A DNA stretch of 64,000 bases from an uncultured Nitrososphaerales archaeon (GCA_963695855.1 CAVOHZ010000010.1:1312001-1376000), one strand, 5' to 3'. Positions 22,414 through 33,700 are shown, counted from the first letter of the stretch. Notes: a model not told the origin generated them from the letters alone. Translations and numbers: made by a program.

Positions 22414-23427
22414 TTATCTCTCAGATGATTTGCTAATAGTCTTTATATAATTATAATAACTTTGGACAACGCCAGAGTAAAATTTAGACGCAAATTCTAT
22501 TGACTTAAGAAATGTGTCCATATTGTTATCCATAATATCATTTATTATTCTTGTAGTATTAGTTTGATTATCCATTAGATTTCGGTTTATTTCACTATAG
22601 GTGTTAGAATATTCTTCCATAGTCTTTGGATTATTAAAATTATCATCAATTATTTCATCTAATTGTTTAGAATATATTGAATAATATGTATTGATGATAT
22701 TCTTATGTTCTTCCATGAAATTGTACTTAATTTCTTTCATAGTCTTCTTGATTGTTTGTTGATAACTAACCAGATCATCAAAATTGCTATTTTTAGTGAT
22801 TAAATTATAGAAGTATTGCAACGAGTATTCATTTTCTATATCAATTCTAGCATTATGAAAATCGCCAATTTTGTTCTTTATATTTTGTTCTGATTCTTCC
22901 TTAAAGACATAGTTAGGATGAGGGCATACTACAGTAATATCTTTGTTATTTCTTTTCCAGTCTGAATGAACTTCCTGCCACCATTTTTCTAAATCTATAC
23001 ATTCTTTAAAATTTCTAGTCTCATATAAATTACAAGCTACATCGCCAACGATTAGTATTTTATCTTTTTTTCCTTCAGAAAGACGCTTATACAATATATA
23101 TTCTAATTCTGATTTCCACTTTTCAAATACTGTTAAATCTCCTTTTAGTGCAAATTCATAATAAGGTCTAGAATTGATAAATTTTAGATTCTCATTCTGG
23201 ATATTTTCTTCATAATTTATTATTCTCAAAGATAAACTATCTATCAGCGAAATACTTTTAGAATTATCTATATCTACAGATGCATATATACAATAACAGC
23301 CATTTTTTAATCCTTCATTAATAATATCTATGATAAAATTATTACGCTTAACCCTATCTTCGTATAATAACATGATATGTTCATTGCATAAAAGATTAGT
23401 ACTATTATTATTATCAAAATATCGCAT
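22414..23427 (-). CDS. MEDS sensory-domain protein with helical C-terminal extension
   Basis: EHIMLLYED...INEGLKNG..CIYAS...LEKWW...VVCPH. Confidence 0.75.
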   Translation of the reverse strand: MRYFDNNNSTNLLCNEHIMLLYEDRVKRNNFIIDIINEGLKNGCYCIYASVDIDNSKSISLIDSLSLRIINYEENIQNENLKFINSRPYYEFALKGDLTVFEKWKSELEYILYKRLSEGKKDKILIVGDVACNLYETRNFKECIDLEKWWQEVHSDWKRNNKDITVVCPHPNYVFKEESEQNIKNKIGDFHNARIDIENEYSLQYFYNLITKNSNFDDLVSYQQTIKKTMKEIKYNFMEEHKNIINTYYSIYSKQLDEIIDDNFNNPKTMEEYSNTYSEINRNLMDNQTNTTRIINDIMDNNMDTFLKSIEFASKFYSGVVQSYYNYIKTISKSSER

Positions 23428-23663
23428 TACAGGGTCTATTATATGTAATAGCTATTATTATATATAAAACTATTAGTAGTACTAATCAGGAAAACTATAT
23501 TTTCAAATATTTATTCTAAGAGTATATAGTTCTCTAGTTATTCCCATACAATTAATAAAAATCTAAGTGTATTGAAATTTCTAGAGGATTCTCCTAACCA
23601 GACAAAAGGAGTCTATTATTCTACAATTATTTTAATTTCATATAAAACAAGAATGGTAAACAT

Positions 23664-24062
23664 TCAATTTATTAATATAGAATCATCTACATTAAAGAAC
23701 CTAAGTTCACCTGAATAGGGAATTGATTCTTTAAACATTCTAGCATCTTTAACTAAGAAACCGTATTTGTATCCATCAAAATATTTACTAAGAATAGAAA
23801 AATGTTTTTGTTTATCTTTGTTAAACTCTTCTTGATTTTTATACTCTTTAACATCATATAAAAAAGCAGAACCAATTATTGCACCTTTTGTAATCGTATC
23901 AATATCAATATCTAGTCTTTCACAAGCTTCTATATCTATATTTTTTGAAGCATGAACAAGAAATTTACCTCTAAATTTGGTACTCCATTTTCTTAACTCT
24001 ATTGTCTTTTCACCATGAGCTAAAAGGTCTGCAAAAGGTTGTTTTAAGGATAAACACTTCAT
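23664..24062 (-). CDS. ASCH domain protein
   Basis: LSLKQPFADLL..GEKTIELRKW...RG..LVHAS. Confidence 0.9.
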   Translation of the reverse strand: MKCLSLKQPFADLLAHGEKTIELRKWSTKFRGKFLVHASKNIDIEACERLDIDIDTITKGAIIGSAFLYDVKEYKNQEEFNKDKQKHFSILSKYFDGYKYGFLVKDARMFKESIPYSGELRFFNVDDSILIN

Positions 24063-24252
24063 GGCTTGATATAATACTATGAAAAACCAAATTTATTTTA
24101 TCTTTCTGTTTTATAGAATTTTATTGACTTTACTTTAGATACTTTTATGTTCTAAACTTCTAAAAATGGTTTTACATAAAATGCCTGTTTTATAAACCAT
24201 GAAATTATGTATAGATCATTATATCATTTAGTCAGTAACTGCTACTACCACC

Positions 24253-24431
24253 TTATTCTTCTATTTTCAATGCACGAGAAGGACATTCATTTACTGTTTT
24301 AAGGATCTGATTTTCTGGAGCACCATCTTGGATTATAATAAATTAACCATTTTCTACCTGAAAGACAGAAGAAGGCTTTTTACACAATTACCAGAATGAA
24401 TACATATTTTTTCATCCCATGCTACTTTCAT
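24253..24431 (-). pseudogene. Divergent 4Fe-4S mono-cluster ferredoxin (Fer4_19/YjdI-like) remnant
   Basis: MKVAWDEKICIHSGNCVKSL / SVFQVENG*...VNECPSRALKIEE; one frameshift and one stop. Confidence 0.75.
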
Positions 24432-24735
24432 TTACTGTTATACTACAAATATGTGTTATAAATATTTGAATCAAAAGTTACCTTCATCCAAATAATATCA
24501 ATATGGTTAGGACGTCATAAGTCTATTTATTCGAAAAGATTAGATATGATATTTATAAAATGATGAGAAAAGTGTTCCCAACAGCAGAGATAAGTTCATA
24601 CTATTATAAATAGAATCAATATAAGATAAAAACTAACTAGAGTTAAGGTTCTATCCGTGTATTTTTTGACCATCGTTATCAAGTAAAAATAGACTAAACA
24701 GAATATTTATATCATAAAAAAATTCTATAAAAATA

Positions 24736-25446
24736 ATGAATGTTGAAAAAATAATTTTATTCTCAATTTTATCTATGTTGACAATATATTTAGCTATATC
24801 TTTTGTTTCAAGCGGAAATATAATACAAAATATTTCAGCACAGTCATCAAATGAAGGTGAAAACAACCAGACCAGTACCACAACGTCAGCAACAACAACT
24901 GAAGAAAAACAAGAACCTGCAATAGGTGAAACATTTGTCTGGCAAGGTACTGTTTCCTCCATGCAAGATCCATTGAAAGGACATGAATCTCATCAAGTTA
25001 CAGTATTGCTTCCACCTAGAGAAGATAAAGCTGTATATTCAGGACTACTGACTTTTATTGCAAGCAAACCAGTTGAAGCAGTAACATTGCACTATTATGA
25101 TACAGAAGGAATGGATATTCCACAGGAAGTTTTAGATGAATATGGCTTGGTTATGAATGCACCAGCTCCATGGAGTGAAGGAGATTCGGTTGCAACAGCT
25201 ATGATGGCTTTACCATATGAAAAGAATACACCTACGTTTTCCAACAATGTATCATTCATAGGTAATGCATTAGGATTACATACGACAGATGGAGAACCAT
25301 TCATGGCAACATATACGGTTAAAGCAACGGTACTAGAACCTGAAATTAAGAATAATTTAGACAGCTTGAAGAAGGTAGTCGGAGCTTCAGAAAATACAAA
25401 TGTAACAGTTTCAGATGATAGTAGTAATGATGTAGATGGAGAATAA
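24736..25446 (+). CDS. Secreted hypothetical protein
   Basis: Signal peptide, Thr-rich linker, DPLKGHESHQ motif. Confidence 0.8.
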   Translation: MNVEKIILFSILSMLTIYLAISFVSSGNIIQNISAQSSNEGENNQTSTTTSATTTEEKQEPAIGETFVWQGTVSSMQDPLKGHESHQVTVLLPPREDKAVYSGLLTFIASKPVEAVTLHYYDTEGMDIPQEVLDEYGLVMNAPAPWSEGDSVATAMMALPYEKNTPTFSNNVSFIGNALGLHTTDGEPFMATYTVKATVLEPEIKNNLDSLKKVVGASENTNVTVSDDSSNDVDGE

Positions 25447-25520
25447 AATAAACGATCTATCTGTTCATCTAGCTAAATATTTTATCCTTTTGATTTTACA
25501 GCCAAGATCTGGTTAAAAAA

Positions 25521-26252
25521 ATGGGAAGTATGTCAATATCAAAATCTTTTATTATTGCTATTTTACTACTACTGGGTATATCCCTATCATTATTATTTCC
25601 TTCAAATTACAATTCCTTTTATGTAAATGCACAAGAAAATAATGAAATGCGTGATGACGAATTAAAATTATCAATTAATAATATTATTATTAACAATAGT
25701 AACTCTCCGACTCTTGGCAATCCAGATGCTCCCATATCAATAATTGATTTCAGTGATTTTCAATGCTCAATGTGTGCTAGATATGTAAAAACAACTGAAC
25801 CAATAATAAATGAGACTTATGTTCAAACAGGTAAAGCAAAACTAGTCTTTAAACATTTTCCAATACGTGGATTTGACTCCGTGGGAGCTTCAATGGCAGC
25901 ACAATGTATAAATGATCAAGGACAAAGTAAATTCTGGAAATTTCACAATCTTTTATATCATAATCAAGGTGTAATAGATTCTGGTTGGGTAAGTAAAGAA
26001 AACCTAAAGAATTTTGCATCACAGATATCTCTATTGGATATGGACAAGTTTGTTGAATGTCTAGATAGCGAAAAATACAAAGAATATGTGCAAAATGATC
26101 TAGAATTAGCTAAAAAATTTAAATTTACTGAAAGTCCATCATTTATTATCCTAAACAAGGATGGAACAGATCCTGAATATCTTTCTGGTGCTCATCCTTT
26201 CCCTTCCTTTGCTTCAATTATTGATAAAAAACTGGAAAGGTTAAATAAATAA
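25521..26252 (+). CDS. DsbA-family thiol-disulfide oxidoreductase
   Basis: LGNPDAPISIIDFSDFQCSMC; N-terminal TM segment. Confidence 0.92.
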   Translation: MGSMSISKSFIIAILLLLGISLSLLFPSNYNSFYVNAQENNEMRDDELKLSINNIIINNSNSPTLGNPDAPISIIDFSDFQCSMCARYVKTTEPIINETYVQTGKAKLVFKHFPIRGFDSVGASMAAQCINDQGQSKFWKFHNLLYHNQGVIDSGWVSKENLKNFASQISLLDMDKFVECLDSEKYKEYVQNDLELAKKFKFTESPSFIILNKDGTDPEYLSGAHPFPSFASIIDKKLERLNK

Positions 26253-26259
26253 AATAGTA

Positions 26260-26748
26260 ATGAACCTAATCCCTTTTTCTTTCAGGATTGTCTTTTCGAA
26301 ATTCATCTACATATTAATCGCAATAGCAATAGCTATTGGCTTTTGGATATTATTAAATACATTTGATAAACTTCTTTTCTTTTCTCCAGTATGGACATTT
26401 TATCTTCCAGAAGATGCCATTTCAGGCTTTATCTTGACGAATATATCTTCGATATTGTTGGGAATTCTCATAAGTATGAATATCTATGTAATAAAGACTG
26501 TAAAACTAAAGATAAGCAATAAATCTTCATTGTTCTCTGGAACTACCTTGGGAATTTTATCCAGTACCTGTGCCAGTTGTTCATCGATAGGGTTTGTAAT
26601 AATTTCAACATTGGGAGGAACAGGTATAGCCATATCTAATTTCCTGGAAATCTATGCAATTCCTTTACGTATAGTATCTATTCTAATACTTGTCTATGCG
26701 TTATATTTAATACATAATAAGCTTACAAGAAGCTGTGTAATAAAATAA
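26260..26748 (+). CDS. Membrane protein with CxxC (CASC), probable DsbA partner
   Basis: About 4 TM segments; STCASCSS; starts 7 bp after the DsbA stop. Confidence 0.75.
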   Translation: MNLIPFSFRIVFSKFIYILIAIAIAIGFWILLNTFDKLLFFSPVWTFYLPEDAISGFILTNISSILLGILISMNIYVIKTVKLKISNKSSLFSGTTLGILSSTCASCSSIGFVIISTLGGTGIAISNFLEIYAIPLRIVSILILVYALYLIHNKLTRSCVIK

Positions 26749-26817
26749 ATTTTGGTTCAAAAGAAGCCAATATTAATGAATAAAAATAATAGTAATATCT
26801 GAAATTATTTTATATCT

Positions 26818-28506
26818 TTAAAATAAGTACAATTCTGTGGCAACAATATGCTTGCATTTATTTTTTCTAAAATTAAAATCAGAACATGTACATGTTTTAT
26901 TTTCTATATCGACATCATAATATTTGTTTTTTTCCTTTAAACTACTTCTAACTCTAAATAGTCTTCTATTACTGTTTTCTGGTATATTTTGATTATTATT
27001 GCTTTCTCCACCACTACCACTAGTCGCATCTCTGTAATCTTTTAATTCAATTATCATAGGTTCAATTAGAGAAGATTCTATAATCCTGTATGCCTTTTCA
27101 AGTCTTCTTTTTTCTGCAGGTTTTAGAGATTTCATTTTATTATTTATAGGAGAATCTCTTTCCCCTTCTTGATCTTCTATCGAATCCACTATTTCTGTTG
27201 TAGTTGTTATTGCATTTCTTATTACTTGAAGAATATCATCATCTTTTGTATCTGAAATATATATTACATAAATTAATGCTAGATCTTTTCCCTCATACTT
27301 TCTAATAACTCTACCAATACGCTGGATTACCTGATTCATATTGGAAGTTGTTGCTAAGATAATCTCTATTCTAACCTGCGGTATATCGAATCCTATTTCC
27401 AGGGTATGTACTGAAAGAAGTGGATAGAAATCTTTTCCCCATTGATTCAAGATTTTCTGTCTTTTGCTGGAACTTGTTTTACTATCTATTACTTTAGATT
27501 TTGTTCCATATAACTCAAGCATGTCTTTAAGTTTATTTATAGAGTCAATAGTTTCACTAAAAACCATGATTCTTTCATTTGGAAATTTTTTTGTTATTAG
27601 ATTTACAGCAGATATCAGTTTATTTTCTGCGCAGCTTAACAAAAGTTTCCTTTTTCTTACGTTTAGAAACCATGCTTTAGCCATTCCACTGACAAAACCA
27701 CCTTTTCTTAACAATACTGTCATTGACTGAGCATCATATTTTTTAAAACGGTTTGAAATTTTCTTTATTTTAGAAGAAAATGTATCGTATTCTTCCTGTT
27801 CTTTTTCAGTAAGGCTTACTTTAACTGGAATAACTATTGGTTTTGCTAGTCTTTTATCGCTAACAGCTCTTTTGATTTGATATCTTTTTACTGGAGGTAA
27901 CAATGTAAGAATTGTATTGTATTTATCCAGATCTGCTTCATCAAGCGTAGCGGTAAGACCAAGAATTGCCTTTTTATGATCTTCTAATACTGCGTCGAAT
28001 ATGTTTCTAAATACTTTTGCTGAATCACTTACCAAATGAATCTCATCAAAAATCACCATGTTGGATTTACGAATAATATCAAGATTTCTAATAATGCTTT
28101 GATAGGTAGCTATAGTTATCTCTCTTACTTCTTTTCTTTCCCCAAAATATGAGCCTATATTTTCTCTTGGTATGCCATATGAGACTAATCTTTTGATATT
28201 CTGTTCTATCAGGGTAATTCTAGGTACAAGTAAAAGAATATTGAAAGGAGAATGAGAAGTAGGTGGAATAGTAATAGTAGTAGAAAAAGAGGAGGAGGTA
28301 GAATTATCAAATGTACTAGTAGCAACTCTTTTTGCACATTCAAAGGCTATTTCAGTCTTTCCAGTTCCAGTACTATACAAGACTGTACCTCTGAAATCGT
28401 TTTCAATCCATGCGTTTACTGCCTCAACTTGATCTTTTTTGAGAGAAAAAGGGAATTTTAGTTGAGAAATAGCAGTAGAGGCAGCGGCAGCGGCAGACAC
28501 AGACAT
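26818..28506 (-). CDS. XPB/Rad25-like SF2 helicase with C-terminal SWIM zinc finger
   Basis: TGTGKT; DEIH; TAT; QRIGR; CTCSDF...CKH. Confidence 0.9.
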   Translation of the reverse strand: MSVSAAAAASTAISQLKFPFSLKKDQVEAVNAWIENDFRGTVLYSTGTGKTEIAFECAKRVATSTFDNSTSSSFSTTITIPPTSHSPFNILLLVPRITLIEQNIKRLVSYGIPRENIGSYFGERKEVREITIATYQSIIRNLDIIRKSNMVIFDEIHLVSDSAKVFRNIFDAVLEDHKKAILGLTATLDEADLDKYNTILTLLPPVKRYQIKRAVSDKRLAKPIVIPVKVSLTEKEQEEYDTFSSKIKKISNRFKKYDAQSMTVLLRKGGFVSGMAKAWFLNVRKRKLLLSCAENKLISAVNLITKKFPNERIMVFSETIDSINKLKDMLELYGTKSKVIDSKTSSSKRQKILNQWGKDFYPLLSVHTLEIGFDIPQVRIEIILATTSNMNQVIQRIGRVIRKYEGKDLALIYVIYISDTKDDDILQVIRNAITTTTEIVDSIEDQEGERDSPINNKMKSLKPAEKRRLEKAYRIIESSLIEPMIIELKDYRDATSGSGGESNNNQNIPENSNRRLFRVRSSLKEKNKYYDVDIENKTCTCSDFNFRKNKCKHIVATELYLF

Positions 28507-28635
28507 TTACTAATGTAAGACAAGGAATTTCATATTAGTATTTGTAATTTACCAAGAATTTTTGAATACTTTATTTGTGGGCTTTGCTGTAATTCAATTC
28601 TTAATTTCTTTTTAACATTTGTTAACTCTGTTATA

Positions 28636-28915
28636 AATTCTATGTCTTGATAAAGCATATCATTCCAAAGAAGTAGAACAAGAAATCATCAAGAGAGAGG
28701 ATACATTCCACATATCCGACACAGAAGAGAAGAAAAGATATTTTGTGGAAAACATCCATTAAGACGATGGGTTGTAGAGAGAACAAATTCATGGCACAAT
28801 AGATTCAGGAAATTATTTACAAGGTATGAAAAGAAGGATGATGAGAACTATCTTGGTCTTGTACAATTAGCAAATAGCATAATTGTTTATAGAAGGATAA
28901 TTTTGGGATAGGCTC
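28636..28915 (+). mobile_element. IS5-family right-end remnant
   Basis: LCLDKAYHS...RWVVERTNSWHNRFRKL; TIR ttttgggataggctc; close relative of 44334-45238. Confidence 0.9.
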
Positions 28916-28996
28916 TTAATGTTGAAATCAATATCATAACTGGTTAATAAAACTTATTTTCAAGATTACAAGAAAATGACAAAAAAATAACATTAT

Positions 28997-29559
28997 ATGA
29001 CGAATTTTCAAATTCATTTCAATACATCCCAAAGGCTATGTTCTTTACCAAAGGTAAGGGAATTCATTAAGATTACTTAATTAGTTTCGAGCTTACCTTA
29101 CATGATGCAAGGATCTCAGAACTCGATATTGTAACTGTTTCTGGTATCTAATCTCCGAAATGTAAAATCATTACGATTTCAGAAAGAAGAAAATATCCTA
29201 TCCCTGGACTATTTATTTTCGCTGTCATTGCAAGATCATCTACCAATGAACCTGATAGATTAATTGCTGCCTCAATTGGACTAGCAAATCGTAAAGAAGA
29301 GGTAAATACGGATATTTATCAGAACGTCAGACTACAAGAGAAACAGATAAGAAAGCTGGAAATTATGCTGAAGATATGGCAGCGGAAATGTTAACTACAA
29401 CTATGGGTCTTCCACGATCCTCTTTAAAATGGGATGATAAACAGAGCAATGGAGATATCAGGTAAAACTTACAAGAGCCAAAATTATACCTAACCTGCCG
29501 AAGGTATTATGGATGGATCGTAGTCCATAGTTCTAAGTGCAGCAGTTTTCATCATTTGA
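28997..29559 (+). pseudogene. pdaD: Pyruvoyl-dependent arginine decarboxylase remnant
   Basis: YIPKAMFFTKGKG..SFEL.L.DA, STNEPDRLIAASIG, YAEDMAAEML, AAVFII; several stops and frameshifts. Confidence 0.8.
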
Positions 29560-29775
29560 TGGGTAAATAATGTATGTGTTTTTGATTACAAATCTTGTTT
29601 GATTAATAAAAAAATGGAGCAAAACTCTATCTTCGATTTCTAAAACTGGCAATAGTATTATTGTTTACAGGAGGATAATTTTGGGCAGCTCTTTATATAA
29701 AAATTGTTTGAGAGAAAAAGATTGTTGTAACTTAGGATCAATTTAATATCATTCAAAATGTAAAAAATTATAATA

Positions 29776-30252
29776 ATGGTCCTAATAGAATTCCTTACTG
29801 AAAATGAAATAAAATTTCTAATTGGAATAGGTATTTCTTTATTTGCTGGATTTGTTATCGGAATCGAACGAGAAACAAAAAAGAAACCTACCGGGATAGG
29901 TACTATTACATTGGTTGTTGCAGGTGCAATGATATTCACTAATCTTTCAAATATTGTGGATCCAAATTCTACCTCTCGTATAGCTGCTCAAATAGTTACA
30001 GGTATAGGATTTTTAGGAGCAGGAATTATTATTAAAGGACCTGAAACCACTAAGGTAAAAAATGTTACCACCGCAGCCACGGTATGGTTTGCTGCTGCAA
30101 TAGGAATGGTAATTGGGTATGGTTTTTATCTAATAGCAATAGTCTTAGTAGTTTTTGCTGCAACAGTGCCCAGAATACCCCATATTACTGATCTAAATTT
30201 CTATAAAAATAAAAAGACAATATCAAACGACACACAGGATGATGATATTTAA
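29776..30252 (+). CDS. MgtC/SapB family membrane protein
   Basis: IGIERE; SRIAAQIVTGIGFLGAG; TTAATVW. Confidence 0.92.
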   Translation: MVLIEFLTENEIKFLIGIGISLFAGFVIGIERETKKKPTGIGTITLVVAGAMIFTNLSNIVDPNSTSRIAAQIVTGIGFLGAGIIIKGPETTKVKNVTTAATVWFAAAIGMVIGYGFYLIAIVLVVFAATVPRIPHITDLNFYKNKKTISNDTQDDDI

Positions 30253-30331
30253 TGCAATTTTTAATGCGTTTAAAATTTTGTCGTTATACACTTTCTTTCC
30301 TTCTTTTCTATAATTGCTGATCTATCTTCTT

Positions 30332-30700
30332 GGTGCTGTTAAGTTAAGACTATTTCGCCTCCAATTTTGAATACAATATTGTTTCTTATTTTTGCATTAT
30401 ATAGATAAATAAATAATTTGATCCAATTGTATACATGTTTTAGGTCACATTTTATACTATTCATGGTACATGCGTAGTAATCATCAAAAGATTCAATTCT
30501 ATCCTTGAAATACTGCATCACTCTTTCTATCAGACTTTTCTCTAAAGGAGAATGAAATCTGTGTTTTAGATGCAAAAAGTTGCATGGTTGATGATACCAT
30601 GTACCTCCATCAGTGTAAACTGTATGTCTACCATATTTGGAGACAATGATCTGGATACGGATAGCAATTGACCCAGTTCACATCTGTACTTGGTATTATG
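30332..30700 (-). mobile_element. IS6-family transposase remnant
   Basis: YTDGGTWY; EKSLIERVMQYFKDRIESFDDY; end ggtgctgttaagtt. Confidence 0.8.
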
Positions 30701-31016
30701 AATATCAGTGTACCATAATCCACTAGCATTAATTTTTATTAGAAATTGATTAGCGGATGGTTTTGGAGTTTCAATTTCTTGTATCTCTCATTTACTATTT
30801 AGTAAAGAATTGCAGCCCTCATTATTCTCATGTAATAAAAGTATTATACATATGTCATTGACTTATTTGGTGAACAGTATTATCATTACATTTATTGATA
30901 TGATATTTCTGACAACGGTAAAAATTTAGTTGTATGACTGTAACATTACAAAACAAATTTATCCCAAGAGACACAGATATAAAAAATTACAATAATAATA
31001 ATAGAGAAGAAATAAA

Positions 31017-31586
31017 TTGGCTAAAATTGCTATTATAGTTGGATCTGTAAGACAAAATAGACAAGGTATCAAAGTTGCTCGTTGGATGGAAGAAAAATTA
31101 AAAGAGAGAGATCATATCGTCTATTTTATAGATCCAGTCGAACTCAATTTACCACTTTTAGATAAAATGTACAAGGAGATTATAGATCCACCAGAAAATC
31201 TAAAAAAATTGAGAAATCAAATTGTAGAAGCAGATGGATATATGCCCATAACTCCAGAATATAATCATAGCACCTCTGCAGCAATGAAAAATACGCTAGA
31301 TTATTTTCTTGAAGAATATTATTTTAAGCCTTCAGCGGTTGTATCATATTCTGTTGGTGGATCTGGAGGTGTTAATGCTGTACAACATCTTAGAGTAATA
31401 TTTGCAGAATTAGGAGCACCATCTATTTCATCATCATTTTCAATATCCAAAGTTCAAGATGTATTCGATGATGCTGGTAGATTAAGAAATCCACTTTATG
31501 ATAAAAGAGTAAAACGATTTATTGAAGAATTTGAATGGTATATAGACGCATTCAAAAATCAACGCGCCAAAGGCACTCCGTATTGA
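31017..31586 (+). CDS. NADPH-dependent FMN reductase
   Basis: GSVRQNR; TPEYNHS..AAMKNTLD. Confidence 0.92.
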   Translation: MAKIAIIVGSVRQNRQGIKVARWMEEKLKERDHIVYFIDPVELNLPLLDKMYKEIIDPPENLKKLRNQIVEADGYMPITPEYNHSTSAAMKNTLDYFLEEYYFKPSAVVSYSVGGSGGVNAVQHLRVIFAELGAPSISSSFSISKVQDVFDDAGRLRNPLYDKRVKRFIEEFEWYIDAFKNQRAKGTPY

Positions 31587-31685
31587 AGAGGAAAAATTTT
31601 AGTATTTTTAGATTATAACAAAAAAAATATTTTACATAAAATATTAAAAATACTTATTATCTGTTTAAAAAATACTAAAGCTAAG

Positions 31686-31727
31686 AGTAGGTTTTAAAAC
31701 CTTCTATAAAGTGGGACAAGCTACTTT
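31686..31727 (+). repeat. att-like repeat of second tRNA type (degenerate)
   Basis: agtaggttttaaaaccttctataaagtgggacaagctacttt aligns ungapped to 4895-4936. Confidence 0.65.
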
Positions 31728-31939
31728 TTTTATTTAATTTAATAATTCTATAACTTGCCATGTTTTATGTAGAATAAAATTAGTAAATAGAGTATATTTC
31801 TAGAACTGACAAATTGGCATTGAAACTTAATATCCAATAGGTTGAGATATATCGAAAAAATTCTTTCTTATAGACACTTGTCTTTCTATTAATAATTTTA
31901 TTTCCAATAGCGTACTAATTAAATAAAAGAAAAAGGGTA

Positions 31940-32614
31940 TTGATCATGGATATGAAATTAGAAGTTTTGTTCATACCTGTCTCTGACGTCGATCGGGCCA
32001 AGCGCTTCTATGAGAAACTGGGATTTCGCTTGGATATCGACTACGTCGCCAACCAGGACTTTCGGGTGATACAATTCACTCCTCCAGGTTCTGAGGCGTC
32101 GATCATCTTCGGCAAGGGGATTACTTCCTCTCCGGCGGGCTCAATCGACCCCCCAGTCTTGGCGGTGTACGACATAGACGCCGCCCGAGACGATTTGATC
32201 GCCCGAGGCGTCGACGTAAGCGAGGTTTTCCACTACGCCGGCGGCCCCTTCAATAACGCCGTGGAGAATCCACGCGTCGGAGGACACGACCCGCAAGGTC
32301 GTTCTTATTACTCGTTTGCCTCCTTCGAGGATCCAGACGGGAACGGCTGGCTGCTCCAGGAGATCCAGACACGGCTTCCAGGCCGCGAGTGGAACTTGAC
32401 GCGACCACAGGCCATGGACGTTGCAACCTTGGCAGGGCTCCTCCGCGAGACAGCAGAACATCACGGCCACTTCGAGAAGACACACGTCGAGCATAACTGG
32501 TGGGACTGGTACGCGCCTTATCTGAGTGCTCGTCAGAGCGGCACCAATTCAGAGGAGGCAGCAGCCGTCGCTGATCGCTATATGGAGGAGGTCCTTCACG
32601 TTCTTCCACGATGA
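31940..32614 (+). CDS. VOC/glyoxalase family protein, GC-rich bacterial type
   Basis: IPVSDVDRAKRFY; FEDPDGNGWLLQE; C-terminal HNWWDWYAPY extension. Confidence 0.92.
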   Translation: MIMDMKLEVLFIPVSDVDRAKRFYEKLGFRLDIDYVANQDFRVIQFTPPGSEASIIFGKGITSSPAGSIDPPVLAVYDIDAARDDLIARGVDVSEVFHYAGGPFNNAVENPRVGGHDPQGRSYYSFASFEDPDGNGWLLQEIQTRLPGREWNLTRPQAMDVATLAGLLRETAEHHGHFEKTHVEHNWWDWYAPYLSARQSGTNSEEAAAVADRYMEEVLHVLPR

Positions 32615-32924
32615 TACCGTTCGAGTGGCACCATTATTCGAGTACGTCGGCCGCTGGGGTGGCGGCGGGGGCTTACTCGCGCTCATGCTCAGAAGCGACG
32701 CACAGTTCCGAGTTGTTCTGATGGTGTGAAGTCTGCCGACTCTATCGTGCGCCGCAGAGCTGCACCATGGCCCGGAAGAAAAGAAGGAATCGAAGTGAGT
32801 TTGATAGTCTAATAATTAATCGATTACCAAAAAAAGACTTTTAGATTTATTGTTCAAAAAACAAGAGGCTAATAGTTGTTTTTTGTGGTTGCTCTTTTTT
32901 CCATCTTTTTTGCTAATTATTCTT

Positions 32925-33042
32925 AAAGTCACCTACTGCTACCGGAGAATGGCGCATCTGCAACTGTGAAATTATTTGCAGTACCAAACGCGCCGTCAGT
33001 ATTTCACAAAAGTATAGACACGTTATCATTATCCTAATTAGC
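32925..33042 (-). pseudogene. FG-GAP-like repeat fragment
   Basis: DNVSILL*NTDGAFGTANNFTVADAP / VAVGDF. Confidence 0.5.
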
Positions 33043-33446
33043 ACTTCATGCAGAATATAGATTAAGATTTTGATCTATATTCTACTATTTAATTAATGAC
33101 TAGTAGATTCATTTGGTATTTTACAAATATCTGAATTATCTAGCATTTGATAACAACCAATTTACCTCAAACAATTGATTTTGAAAATCAGTTTTTTATT
33201 TATTGGTTGAAAAAGTACAATTAAGTTTATCATAATTATTAGTTGTTGTAATATTAAAGAACCGGTTTTTATCTAATATTATTATCATAAAAGAATTTAA
33301 CTATGTTTTCATTGTGGAATTATTTGATGGACGTATTTCAATATTTGGATTATTTTTAAGCATTTTAGAAAGATAATTAAGATCAGTATTAATTTTATTC
33401 CGTAATAAAATTCTAGTTTTTGTTTCTTTATTGTGATTTAATAATT

Positions 33447-33650
33447 TTAATAATAATTGAAATAAGTTGGGAGATGTGTTATTTTGTCTCGAGCTGAATT
33501 ATAAGGCAAAGGAGAAACTCTCCCTGCGTAATCAGCATTTAGTCTTTCAATGAGGCCTGCTGCCTTCAGCGCATCAGGAAAAAGTTCTACTCCTGTTGGT
33601 CGTAATCCTAGAATTGAAGGGGTATCTATAATTGTAAAATGTGACGGCAA
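33447..33650 (-). pseudogene. Arginase-family N-terminal fragment
   Basis: IIDTPSILGLRPTGVELFPDALKAAGL; the rest of the gene is missing. Confidence 0.65.
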
Positions 33651-33700
33651 TATTATCTTTTTAAGAATAATTGAAGAGTTTATATAATTATAGTTAGTTG

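Noticed and set aside
29669-29694. Additional IS5 copy
   Set aside because: Only about 25 bp resembling a degenerate right end; too short to call an element.
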